Positions 36,300-49,324 of a DNA stretch of 64,000 bases are shown in pieces; the stretch's first letter is position 1; every line of letters begins with the position of its first letter. Both the position numbers and the translations under genes were made by a program. The notes below the pieces were generated by a model. The model was not told the origin of the DNA. It saw only the letters and a list, made by a program, of their open reading frames with translations, and did no database searches. The DNA comes from Azolla caroliniana (taxonomy: Eukaryota > Plantae > Polypodiophyta), in NCBI GenBank assembly GCA_043228905.1, contig JBHGNT010000011.1:1860001-1924000 (forward strand), in the 5' to 3' direction.

Positions 36300-38820
36300 G
36301 TCAACATGTACCTCATTTTAAAGGGAGATGGACAAGATCCAGGTTCAAGCACTTGTAGAAGGATCAAAATCTTTTCACGAAAGATGTTGTTGATTGGAAA
36401 ACTTCCACAAACTCGGTAATAAAAAAATTTCAAGAAGTGATAGTAGGATGTCAGCTCATAGAGTACATAAACATATTAATGCATTTACTAAAGATTACAT
36501 ATCTTTTTGAAGAATGATTAAGTCACAAGATATGTCGCAAGAAGACATGAATAGATGTTTGAAAGAAAAAAGCTTAGTGTCCAAATTTGTATAGCTCTAA
36601 AGATTATTTCTTAGAATGTTCAGGATCTTGGGGGATACTTTTGTAAACAATATAAACGACGATTTCGGCAAGTGCTGCATAAATGTATAATTGGTCGTGG
36701 ACATAGTGATGTTACAAGAATATCATCGACATGAAAGGTGTACTAAAGTCTATGGCTCACTATTGCTTGGAAATTGGGAAATGTATTGGGTCTCGACATA
36801 TGGATCAACACAGATCTAAGGTGGATTATGTATGGCTATTTGTGATATAGGACTCAGGGACACAATATGTTATTGTTAACTTTCACAATAAAAAAACTTC
36901 TTTCTGAATTTGTATGCTCCCGATTCTTCTAGAGAATGATTAAAGATGTGGATAGAGTTGAATAGTTCATTGCCCATCGTAGATCATTGGTATGTAGGAA
37001 GAAACTTTAATATGATTGAGGATCCTGATGATAGGAGTAGTGACGGTAGTGTAAGAATGCATGGATCAAAATATCAACATAGGAAAATTTTAATATAAGT
37101 AGAAGGTCGTTGCACATCTGGCATTTATCGTCTTTTTTATAGAAGATTAAATGGGGCAATCCATCAAGATTAATGATGTGAAAAAATGTAAGCAACAAGG
37201 GAGGATGAGGATTCCACCTAAATTATTTACATAAAATGGGAATTACGAAACATTGAGGATAAGAATCTACAATTTCAATATCAAGCGTCTGCTTCAAAAT
37301 GGACACAAGTAGCGATCAAGTAAACAATGCACTTAAAACTTTAAGTCTTGTCCAAGGGAGGATGGAATTCACATTTTTTCCTCAAATATTGGCAATATAT
37401 TGGGGAAGACTTAATGAAAGCTTATCAATGATTTTTTTATATTGGTTGTATGCCTCATGGCATGGCAGATGGATTAAATGATTTAATACCTTAGGGTGAG
37501 GGTATATAAGATGATATCAAAAAATGGAGATCAATAACTTTTGCTTAATACAATATATAATGTTTTGCAAAAACATTATCATGGAGATTGCAACCTTTAT
37601 TACATGGTTTGATTCATGACACGCAAACAAGTTTCATTTAGGAAAGAAGTATTAGATAATCTCTTCTTTTTATGAAGGCTATTACCTTGGATCACAAGAA
37701 AAAAGAGGATTTAATTACTTTGTTACTTGAATTTGAAAAAGCTTATTATCGAATTGATTGGGATTTCCTTCATGGTACTCTTGTATGACTTGGTTTTCTT
37801 GAGAAATGGGTGATAGGGGTATCCACTTTGTACAAATCAGCCTATAGTTCAGTTTTGTTGGGAGGGGTTAAAGGTGATGTGTGTTCAAATTTCCCAAAGC
37901 GTATGACGAGGTTGTTGACTAGCACCATATCTATTTCTATTTTTTTGTTGAAGCTATGAGCTTGTTTTTTATTGCTGAAGATGTTGGATTGAAAGGAATA
38001 ATTATGCCCCTTGATGAGACAAATGTTGTAGATGTGGAATTTGCTAATTATAAAAGTTTGTATCTAGATGGTCAGCTTAATAGTTTGTAGAAAATGTACA
38101 CAACATTGCAAACCTTTCATATGGCTTCAGGTGCATCAATTTATTACCGAAGATTTTGGATTGAAAGGAATAGTTATGCCCCTGGATGAGACAAATGTTG
38201 TGGATGTGGAATTTGCTGATGATACAAGGTTATATCTAGATGGTCAGCTTATTAATCTACAGAAAATGTACACAACATTCCAAACCTTTTGTATGACTTT
38301 AGGTGCATCAATTAATTGGAATAAACCAATGGGTTTTTGAGTGGCATCATATTCGCTCCACAATGGTCTCCACACCCTAATTTCTAATGGATTCTTGACG
38401 AAAACTCAATTAGATATTTCGGATGATGCCTAGTATGTTTGAATATTTCTATTGAAATTCAAGTTACTCCATTGCTACTGAAAATTAGGAAAAATAGTTA
38501 ATTGAATTCTTTTGCCTAGTCTTTGGTATATTATGTCGTGTTGGAGTTTTTCCAAATCATGTATGGGACAATTACAAAGATTGATCCGGATTTATATTTG
38601 GTCTAGTAATGACGAAAGTCATGCTAGGGCATTCTAGTTCCTTAATATCCAAGTTCTTGATATTCTTGATGGTTCCTCCTCAAATCAAATCTCTCTCGTT
38701 CCCTTTCTTTCATTGCATTATTCTTTCCTTGTTGTGGCCTTTATGTTGGCCTAATGACCTCAACTCCACACAATTGAAGAACACATTGGTATCTTGGAGC
38801 AACTTTTTCAACTAATCCAC
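36300..38820 (+). mobile_element. Highly degenerate L1-type LINE (endonuclease and RT remnants)
   Basis: Broken motifs NLYAP, NFNMIED, WRSIT, LIHDTQTSF, FEKAYYRIDWDFL, LAPYLF, EFADDT; internal duplication at about 37975-38320. Confidence 0.8.
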
Positions 38821-38900
38821 AAGGAAGCCAAGTTGGAACAATACAACAATGAATATATGTAAAGGGACCAAGTATCAAATTACAAGGCTATTATTAGAGT

Positions 38901-39678
38901 CATAGATTGACACATGCGTGATATTCGCGATATGTATCTCCATGCGCAATATTCTCAATATTCGAGAATACGAAATGGCCCCAAGCATATTAAAAAACCA
39001 TTCGTTTTGCAAATTAAATATAAACATTTTATTTATTTATTTAAAGAAATTTATTTCACCAAAAAAAAATTCTTTCTGAATTTGTATGCTCCCGATTCTT
39101 CTAGAGAATGATTAAAGATGTGGATAGAGTTGAATAGTTCATTGCCCATCGTAGATGGTTGGTATGTAGGAAGAAACTTTAATATGATTGAGGATCCTTA
39201 TTCATTAATAGATTATAGTATCAAGAGAGTTTATGAAACTTATTTTAATTAATCAATTAATTTTTAAAAAACGAATATTTTTATATTTATTATACAAATA
39301 TGATTAGTATGAACTTTGAAGATATGATTCGTTTGAAGTACTATTTTTAATGTCAAAATAAAAATATCCATAAATTTTGAGGGAATAAAAAGTGAGAATT
39401 AATGAGCCTTTATTTTATTTTATTTATTTATTAAAAATAAAACGAATACTTATAACTTATAAGTTATACATTTATTATAAAAATTTAGTAGTGTCAAGTC
39501 CCCAAGTCCGTCTTTTATTATCCCTATTTATTGTCAAGTCCCTTTTTTTATATCCTAGGAAATTAAAAAAGAAAGAGTTTTTTTTGGGGGGTTAAACAAA
39601 TACTTGACCACCCATTCGTATTTTTATTCGTTTTCATTCAAATGGGAAACTAGACGAATGCGAATATGGCAATCTATG
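38901..39678. mobile_element. Non-autonomous hAT-type DNA transposon, 8-bp TSD ATTAGAGT
   Basis: TIR catagattg(a/c)ca; attagagt at 38893-38900 and 39679-39686. Confidence 0.85.
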
Positions 39679-40561
39679 ATTAGAGTGAAGTTATCTAGTA
39701 GTTAGCTTTAAGGTAGATGTAAACAAGTACTTGACGCAATCGAAATGGTTTAATAATTGTGTGTAAATGATGTGATGTCATGAAGCAATTGCTTCACGAT
39801 ATAAAAACAAGGCACAAACTATACTACAACAGTTAGTATGTTCATTCATCCCTTCCTCACGTCCATACAAAGGTGACAAACAAAAAGTAATGAGGGTTTA
39901 TTCAGAGGTGGTTGTTTTGGTTATCTATCAACAGTCTACACTTCGGAGATTAGCTAGCCAAACTAGTAGCTCGCTCAACCCATCACTAGAGTACAATCAT
40001 GTCCACCATATATTGCCATTAGTGGAGCACAACTCCTAATTGGCTTGTGTGAACCCCCTTAAGTGTTGTCGCTCCATTTAGTACTCACTCTTTATAGACT
40101 CTTTATTTGCCATTTCCATATGTTGATACCACAATACTAGATTACCTTATGTCATTAACATTTGTGAGCAATAGTGCGTTTGTCAATAATAGCAAAATGA
40201 GTTCCCACAACTTTTATTTATCCACATGCAACTTTCAACCGACCTTGTCTACTCACTTCAACGACATATTTCAACCACTCGCATCAATGGACCATGTAAA
40301 CGTAATAAAAAGTATTAACAAGACATTGCTTTGGAACCATTCAAACCATCACCTAGCTAAAAAACCAAAAGTGGATGTCTTTTGTAGCTTGTAAGCTTGT
40401 GTAATGAACTACATATGTAGTTGTAACCAATGTAACAATAAGAAGTCAGTTAAGAACCATTGAAATTGTTGCTCAACTAAAGATAGGAAACAATACAATG
40501 ATTCATAGAGCTATGACAAAGTGGATAACTACAAATATACCTAGCTAAATTTTAGGCATGC

Positions 40562-40800
40562 TTAGGTTTGAACCTACATTCTTTGCAATCATTTTCGTTT
40601 AGCCCAACGATTAGGTTTGAGCCTACATTATTTTCAATCATTTTTTGTTTAGCCCAACAATTAGGTTTGAGCCTACATTCTTTTCAATCATTTTTGTTTA
40701 GCCTAACAATTAGATTTGGGCATACATTCTTTGTGATCGTTTTTGTTTAGCCTAACAAGACGTGTATGGCACATTCTTTACTAATTTTTTTTTGTTTAGC
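40562..40800. repeat. Tandem repeat of about 49-50 bp, about 4.5 units
   Basis: ttaggtttgagcctacattcttttcaatcattttttgtttagcccaacaa-like units start at 40562, 40611, 40661 and 40710. Confidence 0.8.
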
Positions 40801-41320
40801 CTCATATCAAGGAGAAAAAACTAAATGTTAATAATCTGATACTTTTGCATGAGTTTGTTGACTACATGCTAATTACAACAAAATAGGCAGCCTCCAAGTT
40901 ACGCAAGCGAAGGGACAACACTAGGAATCCTTAGATGAAATAGAAAAAACAATCATTATTGCGTGCTTTATCTCAATGCATCAAAGTTGAATCAAACAAT
41001 CTAGAAAGACATCCTATTTTTGTAGTTTCCTTTCCTCATCCATTAACTTTTGCAATTTATTTGAAACCATAATCATGTGACAAAAGGCAAACCAATAACT
41101 TGAATAAATGGGAAAATGTAATCCCCCTCGATACATGATGAAAATTTTGGTTATTAAGAATCATTATCAACTGTGTTTTATTTGACATCATACACGATGA
41201 ACATTGTGATGTCCACCTAAGTAGACATTATAGGTAAAGTAAAATATTACTTGTCCAGATTACTTGTCGTGACACCTAATTGCCATTCAAGACTATGAAC
41301 CTTCTAAAGAAGACACTTGC

Positions 41321-44233
41321 TTACAAGTGCATTATGCACCTTAAACTTTTCCCTTCCATCAACAATTTAAAAGCCTCATTGATTTCATCAAAAGGAAGCT
41401 CATGTGTAATAATAGCATCCAGTTGCATTTCCTGGTTCACGAAAATTACTGTCATGAGTAAAATGATACAAATGCAAGCACAATGCTCAAGGTCATGATA
41501 ATGCATGATATTTCCATATATACATACATGCCATACATACATCATCACATGGTAGGCACACATTCATGCAAGGCATGGCATGGCATCACATGGAATGGAA
41601 AACATCCATACATATACAAACATATTTAGAGAGAGAGAGAGAGAGAGACCTTGTTCATATACATATCCACAAGTTTTGGGAGGTCTGTCTTTGGCTTTAT
41701 TCCACCCAAAAAAGCTCCTGTTAAGGTTCTACTATACAAAAATTCATTGGGATGCAAATCAAGACGGGAATTTCCACTCTCAGCACCACAAACTACTGTC
41801 ATTCCCCATCCCTGCACAAGGATTCAAGTTCTGTGAGTGAGTATGTGTGTGTGTGTGTGTGTGTGTATGAAATTCTCTATGAAAAACACATCTGATAGAG
41901 GCTGCTCACAGTATGGCAACTAAGAAATGCTGTTGCTACCATTTTTGCACTTCCAATACATTCAAAGCTGTAATCCACACCTCCATCTGTCATCTTTCGT
42001 ATTACCTAGCATGCAAAGAAAAATTGTAAGCATATCATACCTTGCGGCCTATACATTTTCTGTATCTATAGTACCTCATGCACTTCTTCGGTATGATCCT
42101 TTGGGTTTATAAAGTCGGTAACACCAAAGATTCTTGCTAATAAACCCAAAGAAAATAGTGTTAGTATTAAGTATACTTTGAAATTTAAAGGCCTAAAGTG
42201 TATAAATTCATTTGAGATTTCTTCCTTATAATCATGTATGCCATTGTTCTATCTCCAAACCTTTCTAGATTTACTTTGGAAAGACTAAAACATATGATAG
42301 TAACTTGAAAAAGGTAAAACGTATCAAAGTAACTTTGAAAAGACGTATTTTATCATGTACACCACATCTTACCTTTTTCAAACTTATCTGGATTGATATC
42401 AATGCCAATAATTCGAGAAGCACCCGATATCCTTGCTCCCTCTGCCACCTACATAGCTTAAAACCCTTTCATGTCTCTTTGAGATAAATTCATTCTAGGC
42501 ATTGGAAGATATCTTGATTTGATCAAATAACAATGTTTTAATGATGAGAGCAAAGTATATCAATGTATAATACTCATTCAGGGAATACTTAACTTGATCA
42601 TAAATCAAGGATGAGGACTTACACCCATTCCTATTGCCCCTAACCCAAAAATGGCCACTGTTGAACCCTTCTCTACCTTCGCATATTTCCAAGAGGATCC
42701 GAATCCTGTCCATATGAATCAGAATTTAGTCACAAATGCAAGACACATACAAACCACACTCCAATACATTTTAAAAGCTTTATGATCAAATCGTAACACA
42801 TGTTTCTCATACAAGTTTCAAAGTTCTAATAGATTTGGTAGCTGTATTCTCTCTAAAGCTACTAAATTTCTAACATCTATGCATATGAAAGATTTTAAGA
42901 GTGCTACCATATCAAGATCATCATTCAAAATTGTCTTGTTTTGTGGGCAAAAAGTGAAACTTTCTATTTTATATGGAATGTGAAATGAAAAGTTAAAAAG
43001 GATCAAGCAAATTTCGGTCATACTGCTAATAAAACATTAGTGTGAAGTGGCTCTAAAACCCGATAAAAAAGAGCAAATAAAACAGAAACATTCTCAAGTA
43101 AAAAGTAATGAGTTAAGGATTGTATACCTGTGGATATCCCACAGCTAAGGACACAAATCTTGTCTAGAGGAGCCAAAGGATTGACTTTCACAACATATTC
43201 CTGCTCCAATACAGTGTATTCACTGAATGTTGATCCACAAAAGATTCCGATCTCCTTACCATCAATTGAGAAACGGCTCTTGCCATCACCAAGCATGGTA
43301 TGTCGCACTAAATCCAATCCGAAATTTTCACACAAGTTGCTTTTGGTCGATTTGCAATGTTGACAATTGTCACATTGTCCCATGAACGTTGGAAGGACAT
43401 GATCCCCTTCCTTAAAATCTGCCACCCCTTCTCCTACACTCTCTATCACTCTGGAGTAAGAGTCAACAAAGTTAGAATGAATTGAAATTTGTCTCTTATG
43501 TATGTGTATACGCATGTATGTATGTATGTATCTATGTCTGCAAGTGTATATGTATGTGAATACATGGAAGAAAAGTTGGAAACATTATAAATGGAATGGG
43601 GGAGATGGTCACAAAGGGAATTCTATGTGATTGGGAAGCATATGATGGAGTGCAATCTTTCTAGAATCACTAACAATGTCTCATCCAAGAAAAGCCTCTT
43701 CCTGTCACAAACGGGTATATGCACCATTCAAGATGTCACCAACTCTTATGGAAATGTATCAACTTTTCCAAAAGCCACAAGAAGATATGGCTCATGCATG
43801 CACCATTCAAATATTTGGCAAGCTGTGCAACAACTCCTATACATTTGGTTCTTGTACCATCCATAAATGAACAAGATTATCTTCAAGATTAGCATGTATT
43901 CAGTTGCCTCTTGTAAATGTCAATCTGTATACGTTTAAAGATATTTCAGAGAATCTCTATGCTCAATAAATTTTTGAGTATGGGAGACCTATAGGGTCCT
44001 ATGTTGTGGGTTTTCATGTCAGCTTGAGGGTTTCCCACATGTAAAAAAATGTGGCAACAAACACCTTGTGCCAAATAAAGGTGTTTGTATGCCTGTGTGT
44101 GGGGACTAGCAAAGAGTCACATTAGCAATGCATGTTTAAATCCCAAGGAAGTTGATGAGTCTCATTGCCACACTCTATTTGAGTGTTCAGCTTTCAATCA
44201 CATTAGAACTTGCTTTCCCCACATTTTAAGCCA

Positions 44234-44268
<35 letters not shown>

Positions 44269-45019
44269 CACATTTTTTACACACGTTGGAGGATAGATTC
44301 CTCATCAGGCCCTCTTATATACACATACATCTATCCCATACGCTGCATAATGCGATGGGCCAATAGCAAACATCTTCACATCAGTTAAAGATTGAGGTAG
44401 GCAGATATGCATACACAACGGAAGAAAGAATTCTCCAATTGTGTTATCAAGAAGTGCAGATATGCATCCACAACGGAAGAAAGAATTCTCCAATTGTGTT
44501 ATCAGGAAGTGGAATCTAAAGAACACTAAGTTTACCATTTTACTATGTTTTATGAAATAAGAGGGAGATACCATTGCCTCTTTAACCAAGTCTTTGGCCA
44601 CTGGAATATAGCTACAGAAGCTCATCACCAAAAAACAATCACAACTCTCTTTAGCCCCATCACTACTACTCATGGTACAAGTCAATCAACAGCTACACAA
44701 TCTTGCTCTAATCCAGACATTGCAAAGAGTTTACAATAGATCAGACAATAGTAATTTGCAATGCAGATAGGCCCCGGCTTCATGGACCATGATCTCACCA
44801 TGCTTGTCCTCAATAGATGAAGGCCATTTATCTCCCACAATTGTGGGTGCTTCCTCATTTCGGACGTCTCTCAATTCTGGATCGACCTATTCTAGACATC
44901 TTTCGAAAACACAAATTGCAATCCATCTGATTCAAGAATCTTGCATAACTAGATAACAGGGCTCTCTAGTCACTTCTATTTTTATTTACTTTTCTACTTA
45001 GTTACACTTAAATCATGGG

Positions 45020-45079
<60 letters not shown>

Positions 45080-45986
45080 TAACTACATGCATTGACACTC
45101 ACCCAGAAGCTTCATGCCCAAAGATTCGAGGAAAGAGTCCAAATTGCATCTGCCATTATAAATTAAAAAATCAAATCAAATCAGTGAAACACACACTTAG
45201 GTCCAAGTAATGCCGAATAAGATAAAAACAAATCAGAAACAGAAAGGTAACCATCAATCAAAAACAAAAGACATCGAGTTTATCTAAAAGGGCGAATGAC
45301 AACAGAAGAGGTCGGCTTTAACTCAAAAGACGACAGATATAAATAGCAGTCCTTTTTATTATTATCTAAAAACAAAAGAGAACGGCGACAAAACAAGTAG
45401 TAAAAACAGGGGAGCAAAAAGAAAAGAAAGGGGATGGAAGAAAAATAGAAAGAAAATGGGGAAACAACAGAAGCAGAGGAGGTAAGAATCAGGAAAAGAA
45501 GGGGAAGGGAAGCAATGGTTCAAAAATATATATCATACACACACAGAGAGTTTGTTTTGTTACCTTGTCTTGCCAGAGACTGATATCTGTTTGGCAGATA
45601 GTGGTGAACAGAATTTTGATCCGAACTTCGCCTCGCTGTGGAGGATCCACTTGTATTCTCTCGATTGACAGGGGCTCCTTTGCAGACCAACACACAGCAG
45701 CTAAACAAGGAAACGCAGAGCAAAACCCACAATCAATATCTCCATCTTCTTCTTACTCAACCTGATTCTCTTCATCATCTCCATCTCCATCTCCATCTCC
45801 ATCTCCATCTCCATCTTTACCTTCATCTCAATCTCCATCTCCATCTCCATCTCCATCTTTACCTTCATCTCCATCTTTATCTTTATCTCCATCTCCATCT
45901 CCATCTTTACCTTCATCTCCATCTTTATCTTTATCTCCATCTCCATCTTCATCTTCTCCATCTCCATCTCCATCTTCTGCTGCCAT
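41321..45986 (-). CDS. ADH: Zinc-dependent (MDR family) alcohol dehydrogenase, plant ADH-like, 10 exons
   Basis: GT-AG exons 45564-45700, 45103-45149, 43128-43450, 42623-42705, 42373-42448, 42075-42136, 41910-42005, 41650-41811, 41321-41431 (137, 47, 323, 83, 76, 62, 96, 162, 111 nt) match the conserved plant Adh structure. Motifs ICQTD, GHEA, CxxCxxC..C, LSCG, GLGAIG, GID. Exon 1 is uncertain (45911-45986 favoured). Confidence 0.93.
43590..44265 (+). mobile_element. Possible LINE 3' remnant in ADH intron 3
   Basis: [10 protein letters not shown] resembles the C-terminal His/Cys motif of LINE ORF2; followed by (CT)n. Confidence 0.4.
45770..45978. repeat. (CATCTC)n-based compound microsatellite at the ADH 5' end
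   Basis: Hexamer array with a higher-order unit of about 48 bp containing ctttaccttc. Confidence 0.92.
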
Positions 45987-46097
45987 GAATTCATCGACCA
46001 GAGGCTTCGTTATTTAACCAAACGCCCCTTCTCTATCCGAACCCCTCTCTTCCTCCTCCTTGAAGGACATGCATTGACTTAACCCAAAAGTTTTATT

Positions 46098-46156
46098 TTG
46101 ACTTGACTTGACTTGACTTGACTTGACTTGACTTGACTTGTCTTGTCTTGACTTGA
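46098..46156. repeat. (TTGAC)n pentamer microsatellite upstream of ADH
   Basis: About 9 perfect units plus degenerate ones. Confidence 0.9.
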
Positions 46157-47604
46157 TTCATTGAATCATTGGAGGAGGAGTTGGATTGACTTTGAGGAGA
46201 TGGGAAATTATTAACCTCAATAGACATCGCTCCGACATCATGTATGATAAGCAAGCATCCGAGAAGAGGAATTTCGCCTCTCGGCATTTCTTTCATTGGG
46301 GAAATCATGTAAAAACTTATAATATAGGCAAGCTAAGGCAAATTAAATGTCTTCATTAAGATCGATACAATTGAATTTGATGTTGAGTGTGATAGATCTG
46401 AAGTTTATGGATCCTTGCCATGGGATGGGCTCAATCCCATCCCATAGATCTCAAACTCACACACTCACTCTCCAGATGAAGAACCATTTTAGAGTGTCAG
46501 TGTGAAGCATATGATACCATCTCACAAAATTTCCCACCCTTGATAACTCAATGCACTAATCTCATACACCTCGATGTACTAAAGTCTTACCTTATTACAC
46601 GCACTCACATTTGCTCACGGTTTGATCATATGAGAAAACATACCAAACGAGGCATCCTCAATATACAAATGCTCGTGACATCTCTGTAATATATCAAATT
46701 GCATAAATGGTGATTACCTTTACAAGTAATGACTTGCCCGCTCGTTGGAGACATTTTTGCTTACCCTCGAACGTTTTAAGGCCTTAGCTTCTTTGTTAGG
46801 CGTGTCATGAAGATGATGACCCTCTATTTATGTTGGAGAGCCATTTACGTACATGGTTGGTATTCATTCATTTAAGTAAAGTAGAACCCTTCCTCCATCT
46901 TCATTTAAATGATTTGAAATATTTAAATTTTAGCTCGAAAAGTGAGATGACAATTACTCTCTTCTCATGTGAAAATTGCAAAGGAGATACCATACGACAT
47001 GCGTTTTGTCATGCATGACTTGTCATGTGTATCCTTACAGGTTTGTGTCATTGTGCTGAAAAAGGCACATGCCTTTAAAAAACAATTTACCAATTTCTCT
47101 AAAAATTTGTTACATGTGAAGGTTGTACATGTTACGTGCATATGTAAGGAACACTTTAGTTGATTTGATTTTCTTGTCTACCAAAAAGATTGAAATACTC
47201 CACATTGTCATGGTTCAAATGCTATTAAATTCATTTTTCTTGTCATGTGAAGCATATGATACCATCAGAGTGTCATTTGACCCATAGAATACCATCCTCT
47301 ACCATGCTTCACATGGCACTCTAAAATGGTACCATATGTTCTTGAACCTGCAACCATTAGCCACTTTACTTTAATACCAATGGAAGATATTTTTTCCTAA
47401 AAGAAAAAATATGGTTTTATAGTTTCATTTCTCACAACCTATTTGAAAAAGGCAAATAAATAGAGAATATGGAAAAATGTTAGAATAGAAAGGAAGATAA
47501 AGACAAATGACTGTTACATATAATACATGTAGTTAGGAGGTAAGAATTCAACATCTAATGCTAAAGTGGAAGCAAACACCTTTTTTGTCAACACGAACTG
47601 TAAC

Positions 47605-48482
47605 TAGCAATGGGCCCAGTTTCGGCTCAAACCGAACTGAACTGAAAAACCGTTTATAGGTTCAAAGATAAATAAACGGTTTGGTTTGGTTTCAAATGTT
47701 ACTAATCGGTTTCGGTTCGGTTTTGAATTGATCGGTTTATCGGTTTCTGTTTATGTGGTTCAGTTTAAAGGTTTATAGGTTAAAAAATACTCATAAATAT
47801 TCTCTATAGGCTCTAACTTTTCAGCTTTTAATTTTAAACTATTGTTTTAACTTATTAAATTTTATATGTATTATATGTAGAGTCTCCTTTTCATTTATGA
47901 TGATCAATTATGATAAGTATGATGACCAAATTTATGATAAGCATAATGATCAAATTTATGATTAGTATGATGACCAAATTTATATAAGTATGATGACCAA
48001 ATTTATGATTAGTATGATGACCAAATTTATATAAGTATGATGACCAAATTTATGATTAGTATGATGACCAAATTTATATAAGTATGATGACCAAATTTAT
48101 GATTAGTATGATGACCAAATTTATATAAGTATGATGACCAAATTTATGATTAGTATGATGACCAAATTTATATAAGTATGATGACCACATTTATGATAAG
48201 TATGATGACCAAATTTATGATAAGTATGATGACCAAATTTATTATGATTTTCTCACACAAAATTATAATAAGTATAATGATTAATATCAATAAAAAATGG
48301 TTTGGTTTGGTTTTAAATTTTTCGTAAACGGTTTGGTTTCTCTATTCTTTAAACGGTTTGGTTTAAATGGCTTCATAAATTTTAAAACAGTTTGGTTCAG
48401 TTTTTATTATTAATAAATGGTTTGGTTTGGTTTCAAGGCCAAGAAACCAAACCGAACCGAAACCAAACCGGGCCCATCGCTA
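47605..48482. mobile_element. Non-autonomous hAT-type element, 8-bp TSD ACTGTAAC
   Basis: TIR tagc(a/g)atgggccc; many subterminal AACCG/CGGTT motifs; actgtaac at 47597-47604 and 48483-48490. Confidence 0.9.
47909..48242. repeat. 23/24-bp minisatellite (about 14 units) inside the hAT element
   Basis: agtatgatgaccaaattta core with alternating tgatt and tata linkers. Confidence 0.95.
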
Positions 48483-48778
48483 ACTGTAACCACACATTTT
48501 CTTAACCTTGTTAAGACCAACACTAGAAAGAATGAAAGAAAAGTGACAATGGACCTCTAATCCATTGGTATTGCCATGTTTTAACAACAAAACTAATTAT
48601 TAGGAAAGGAAAACAAATTATCATTGTTACCCTTAGGAGAAGAAGCTTACAAGGAGTGTAGCCAAAACGGCTAGCAGCGGGCTAAAGTATGAAAGTCGAA
48701 CCGAATGCCTATTCGGACGGAGCGGTGTAAAACCGGAAATAAATATTAGAATTGTCAAAGTTCACGTATGCGGAAGGT

Positions 48779-48972
48779 TGTAAGTAAACACATCACATAG
48801 TTAGGTTACAAACACAGAGAATGGAAAGTACATAGGGAGAGAGAGAGAGAAAGAAAGAAAGATATATTAACGTTTAAATCAAGTGGGGTGAGAGAGGCTC
48901 GAACTCTCGACCTCAGAATACCTCAAGAGCTATGAGACCTACACGCTAGACAACTACGCCACCACCCCTCAC

Positions 48973-49003
<31 letters not shown>

Positions 49004-49324
49004 CATACAACTAGAAAAAATTGTAATTCCAAAATGACTCTCTACATCGAAATGTGCTCAGTGAGCACTCTTTATACAAGCCTTTTACATAGGCTGACTC
49101 GAGTACTAACAAGTACATGATTGCGCACATGTGAGCTCTAACACTAAATGTCTATAGTATTCCTATTTACTAAAATAGGAATGTAGGCCTCTAACGGCCT
49201 GTCGGCTCTAAGTTAGCCGATCTAGTTGTTAGTTTCTTCAGCCGACTTAGTTGTTGGCTTCTTCAGTTGATCTTGCCTACCGGCCTTTAGCCGATCCGAC
49301 TCATGTTGAGTTTATCTCTCAACT
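48779..49324 (-). mobile_element. Degenerate LTR related to copia family B, carrying the tRNA-Met copy
   Basis: Right end ..agccgatccgactcatgttgagtttatctctcaac resembles 7910-7947; (GA)n and ttatacaag blocks are colinear; no TSD found. Confidence 0.55.
48884..48968 (-). tRNA. trnM-CAU: Intron-containing elongator tRNA-Met(CAT), likely pseudogenised
   Basis: GGGGTGGTGGCGTAGTTGTCTAGCGTGTAGGTCTCATA-intron-ATTCTGAGGTCGAGAGTTCGAGCCTCTCTCACCCCA resembles plant nuclear tRNA-Met, with D-arm substitutions. Confidence 0.85.

Noticed and set aside
45638-45988. Poly-His-Leu ORF on the + strand
   Set aside because: Antisense reading of the CATCTC microsatellite.
46098-46156. W-box (TTGAC) cluster regulating ADH
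   Set aside because: Cannot be told apart from a simple pentamer microsatellite by sequence alone.
47909-48242. CRISPR-like or snoRNA-like array (ATGATGA cores)
   Set aside because: No unique spacers, no cas genes and no D boxes; it is a minisatellite inside a hAT element.
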